NCBI GenBank assembly: GCA_963750165.1
Contig: CAVVPN010000004.1
Location: forward strand, 1,184,001 to 1,248,000
Reading direction: 5' to 3'
Length of the DNA: 64,000 bases
DNA from: an uncultured Gemmataceae bacterium
GTDB taxonomy: Bacteria > Planctomycetota > Planctomycetia > Gemmatales > Gemmataceae
This document shows positions 62,745 to 64,000 of this stretch, piece after piece. Below the pieces are notes generated by a model. It made no database searches. It was not told the origin of the DNA and saw only the letters and a program-made list of their open reading frames with translations. The translations under genes and the position numbers were made by a program. Numbering within the stretch: position 1 is the stretch's first letter; every line of letters begins with the position of its first letter.

Positions 62745-63323
62745 TCACTTCTTGGTCTTCTGCACGGTCATGGCCTGGATGCGATGCCGTTCAAAGTCGG
62801 TGTAATAACGGATGGTGACGGTGTCGCCTTTTTTCAGCGTCTTGATCTTCGCGATGGTGGCGTCCCAGTGCTCCTTCGGGTAGGTGGCGGCGAAGCCCTC
62901 GGGCGGTCCGTTCTTCGGCTTGATTTCGACCCACCACTGGTGCGTGGCGAGCACCTTGCCCGTCATCACGCCCATGTTGTTCGGGCTGTTCGGGTTTTTC
63001 GTGCCGGTGCGCACGATGCTGGTGAGCTGCTGCTTGTCGCCGGTCATCTTGTAGGTCAGGCGGACCCGCGCCACCGTGAAGATGCCGTCCACCGCCTTGA
63101 GCAGTTTCTTGTCGGCGCGGTCGAAAATGTAGGTGGCCGGCTCCTCCTTGCCGTCGAGTTTCACCTTGATCCAGTTGTCGCGCTTGTCGAGCACGATGCC
63201 GGAGACGGGGGCGCCAGGCTTCGGTTGCCCAGCCTTGCCGCCGGTGCCGCCGGCTTCCGTCCAGCCGACCGCAACGAGGCCGAACAGCCCCAGCAAACCG
63301 AGCCAGAAAAGACGCCGTGCCAT
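62745..63323 (-). CDS. Exported hypothetical protein
   Basis: Signal peptide; GGAGG RBS. Confidence 0.75.
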   Translation of the reverse strand: MARRLFWLGLLGLFGLVAVGWTEAGGTGGKAGQPKPGAPVSGIVLDKRDNWIKVKLDGKEEPATYIFDRADKKLLKAVDGIFTVARVRLTYKMTGDKQQLTSIVRTGTKNPNSPNNMGVMTGKVLATHQWWVEIKPKNGPPEGFAATYPKEHWDATIAKIKTLKKGDTVTIRYYTDFERHRIQAMTVQKTKK

Positions 63324-63356
63324 GATCCTTCCTCCAATCGATGTAAGGCGAGCGTA

Positions 63357-64000
63357 CTACTTCTTGCCGACACAGGTCAGACTTTTTGGGCCGCGCAGGA
63401 AAATCCTACCGTCCGAAACCGCTGCGGACGGGCCGGAAAGCGTCCACTCATTCCGCTCGCCTTCGCCCAGGTCGTTGCGGGCCAGCACCTCCAGTTTCGG
63501 CCCGGCCTTGAGGACGCAACTCTTGCCGGAGCTGGCGAAGTAAATCCGTCCGTCCTTGGTGGCGATCGGGCTGGGGAAGGTCGGAATGCCCTCCACCGGC
63601 TCCTCGTACACCAACCGGCCGTCGGCCACCGTCCAGCAGCGAACGGTGCCGGGCGGCGACGCGCGGTACAGATAGTCGCCGACGATCACGGGCGAGCCGA
63701 AGCCCTTGGGGCTCGTGGCATGTCGCCACTTCACGTGCGTCTTGCTAACGTCGCCAGTACCGGTGGGGTCGATGGCCAGGGTTTCGCCCCCCTCGCCGCT
63801 GGCGATGACCAGGCCGGCGCCGGCGACCAGCGACGCATAACGGTTGCCACGCCACTTGCACCACCAAACATCCTTGCCGGTCTTCGCGTCCAGGGCCACC
63901 ACGCCGCCCTCACTGGCGACCACGATCTGCGGCCGGTCCTTCGCGATCACCAGCAGCGGCGAGCTGTTGTGCGCCCGGTCGTGCTGCTTGCGCCGCGCCT
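63357..64000 (-). CDS. PQQ-like beta-propeller protein, partial
   Basis: ALDAKTGKDVW, SPVIVGD, SAAVSDGRIFLR. Confidence 0.88.
   Translation of the reverse strand, partial: ARRKQHDRAHNSSPLLVIAKDRPQIVVASEGGVVALDAKTGKDVWWCKWRGNRYASLVAGAGLVIASGEGGETLAIDPTGTGDVSKTHVKWRHATSPKGFGSPVIVGDYLYRASPPGTVRCWTVADGRLVYEEPVEGIPTFPSPIATKDGRIYFASSGKSCVLKAGPKLEVLARNDLGEGERNEWTLSGPSAAVSDGRIFLRGPKSLTCVGKK

Overview
GC-rich bacterial DNA that looks planctomycete (Gemmataceae-like), judged from a TIGR03067-like domain, an LEDRTVP export motif, a YdjY-like protein and a Gemmata-type HVRGCWVVDLLL protein. Positions ~1-15.9 kb are an integron. The integrase IntI (14586-15911) has a tandemly duplicated N-terminal domain. 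An attI with 20-bp direct repeats precedes a minus-strand array of 16 attC sites (14 intact, 1 split by an IS, 1 half), with mostly small hypothetical or immunity-like cassettes. The array also holds: (i) a near-identical second attI-intI' copy truncated by a 70-bp REP-like hairpin; (ii) an IS110-family element inserted in an attC, whose non-coding end matches its own target and donor junctions (bridge-RNA-like); (iii) REP-arm remnants beside every attC of one sequence family, suggesting REP-linked cassette assembly. The rest is mostly chromosomal: ilvB, hydrolases, WD40 proteins, AmrB, DPP-IV, a TPR-J-GrpE-Hsp70-response regulator module, an ABC exporter, acyl-CoA dehydrogenase, amidohydrolase and a pyrF remnant. 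Near the end, three exported repeat/coiled-coil proteins flank an astacin-like protease. Many single frameshifts are probably sequencing errors. All family calls are from motif recognition by eye; no database searches were run.
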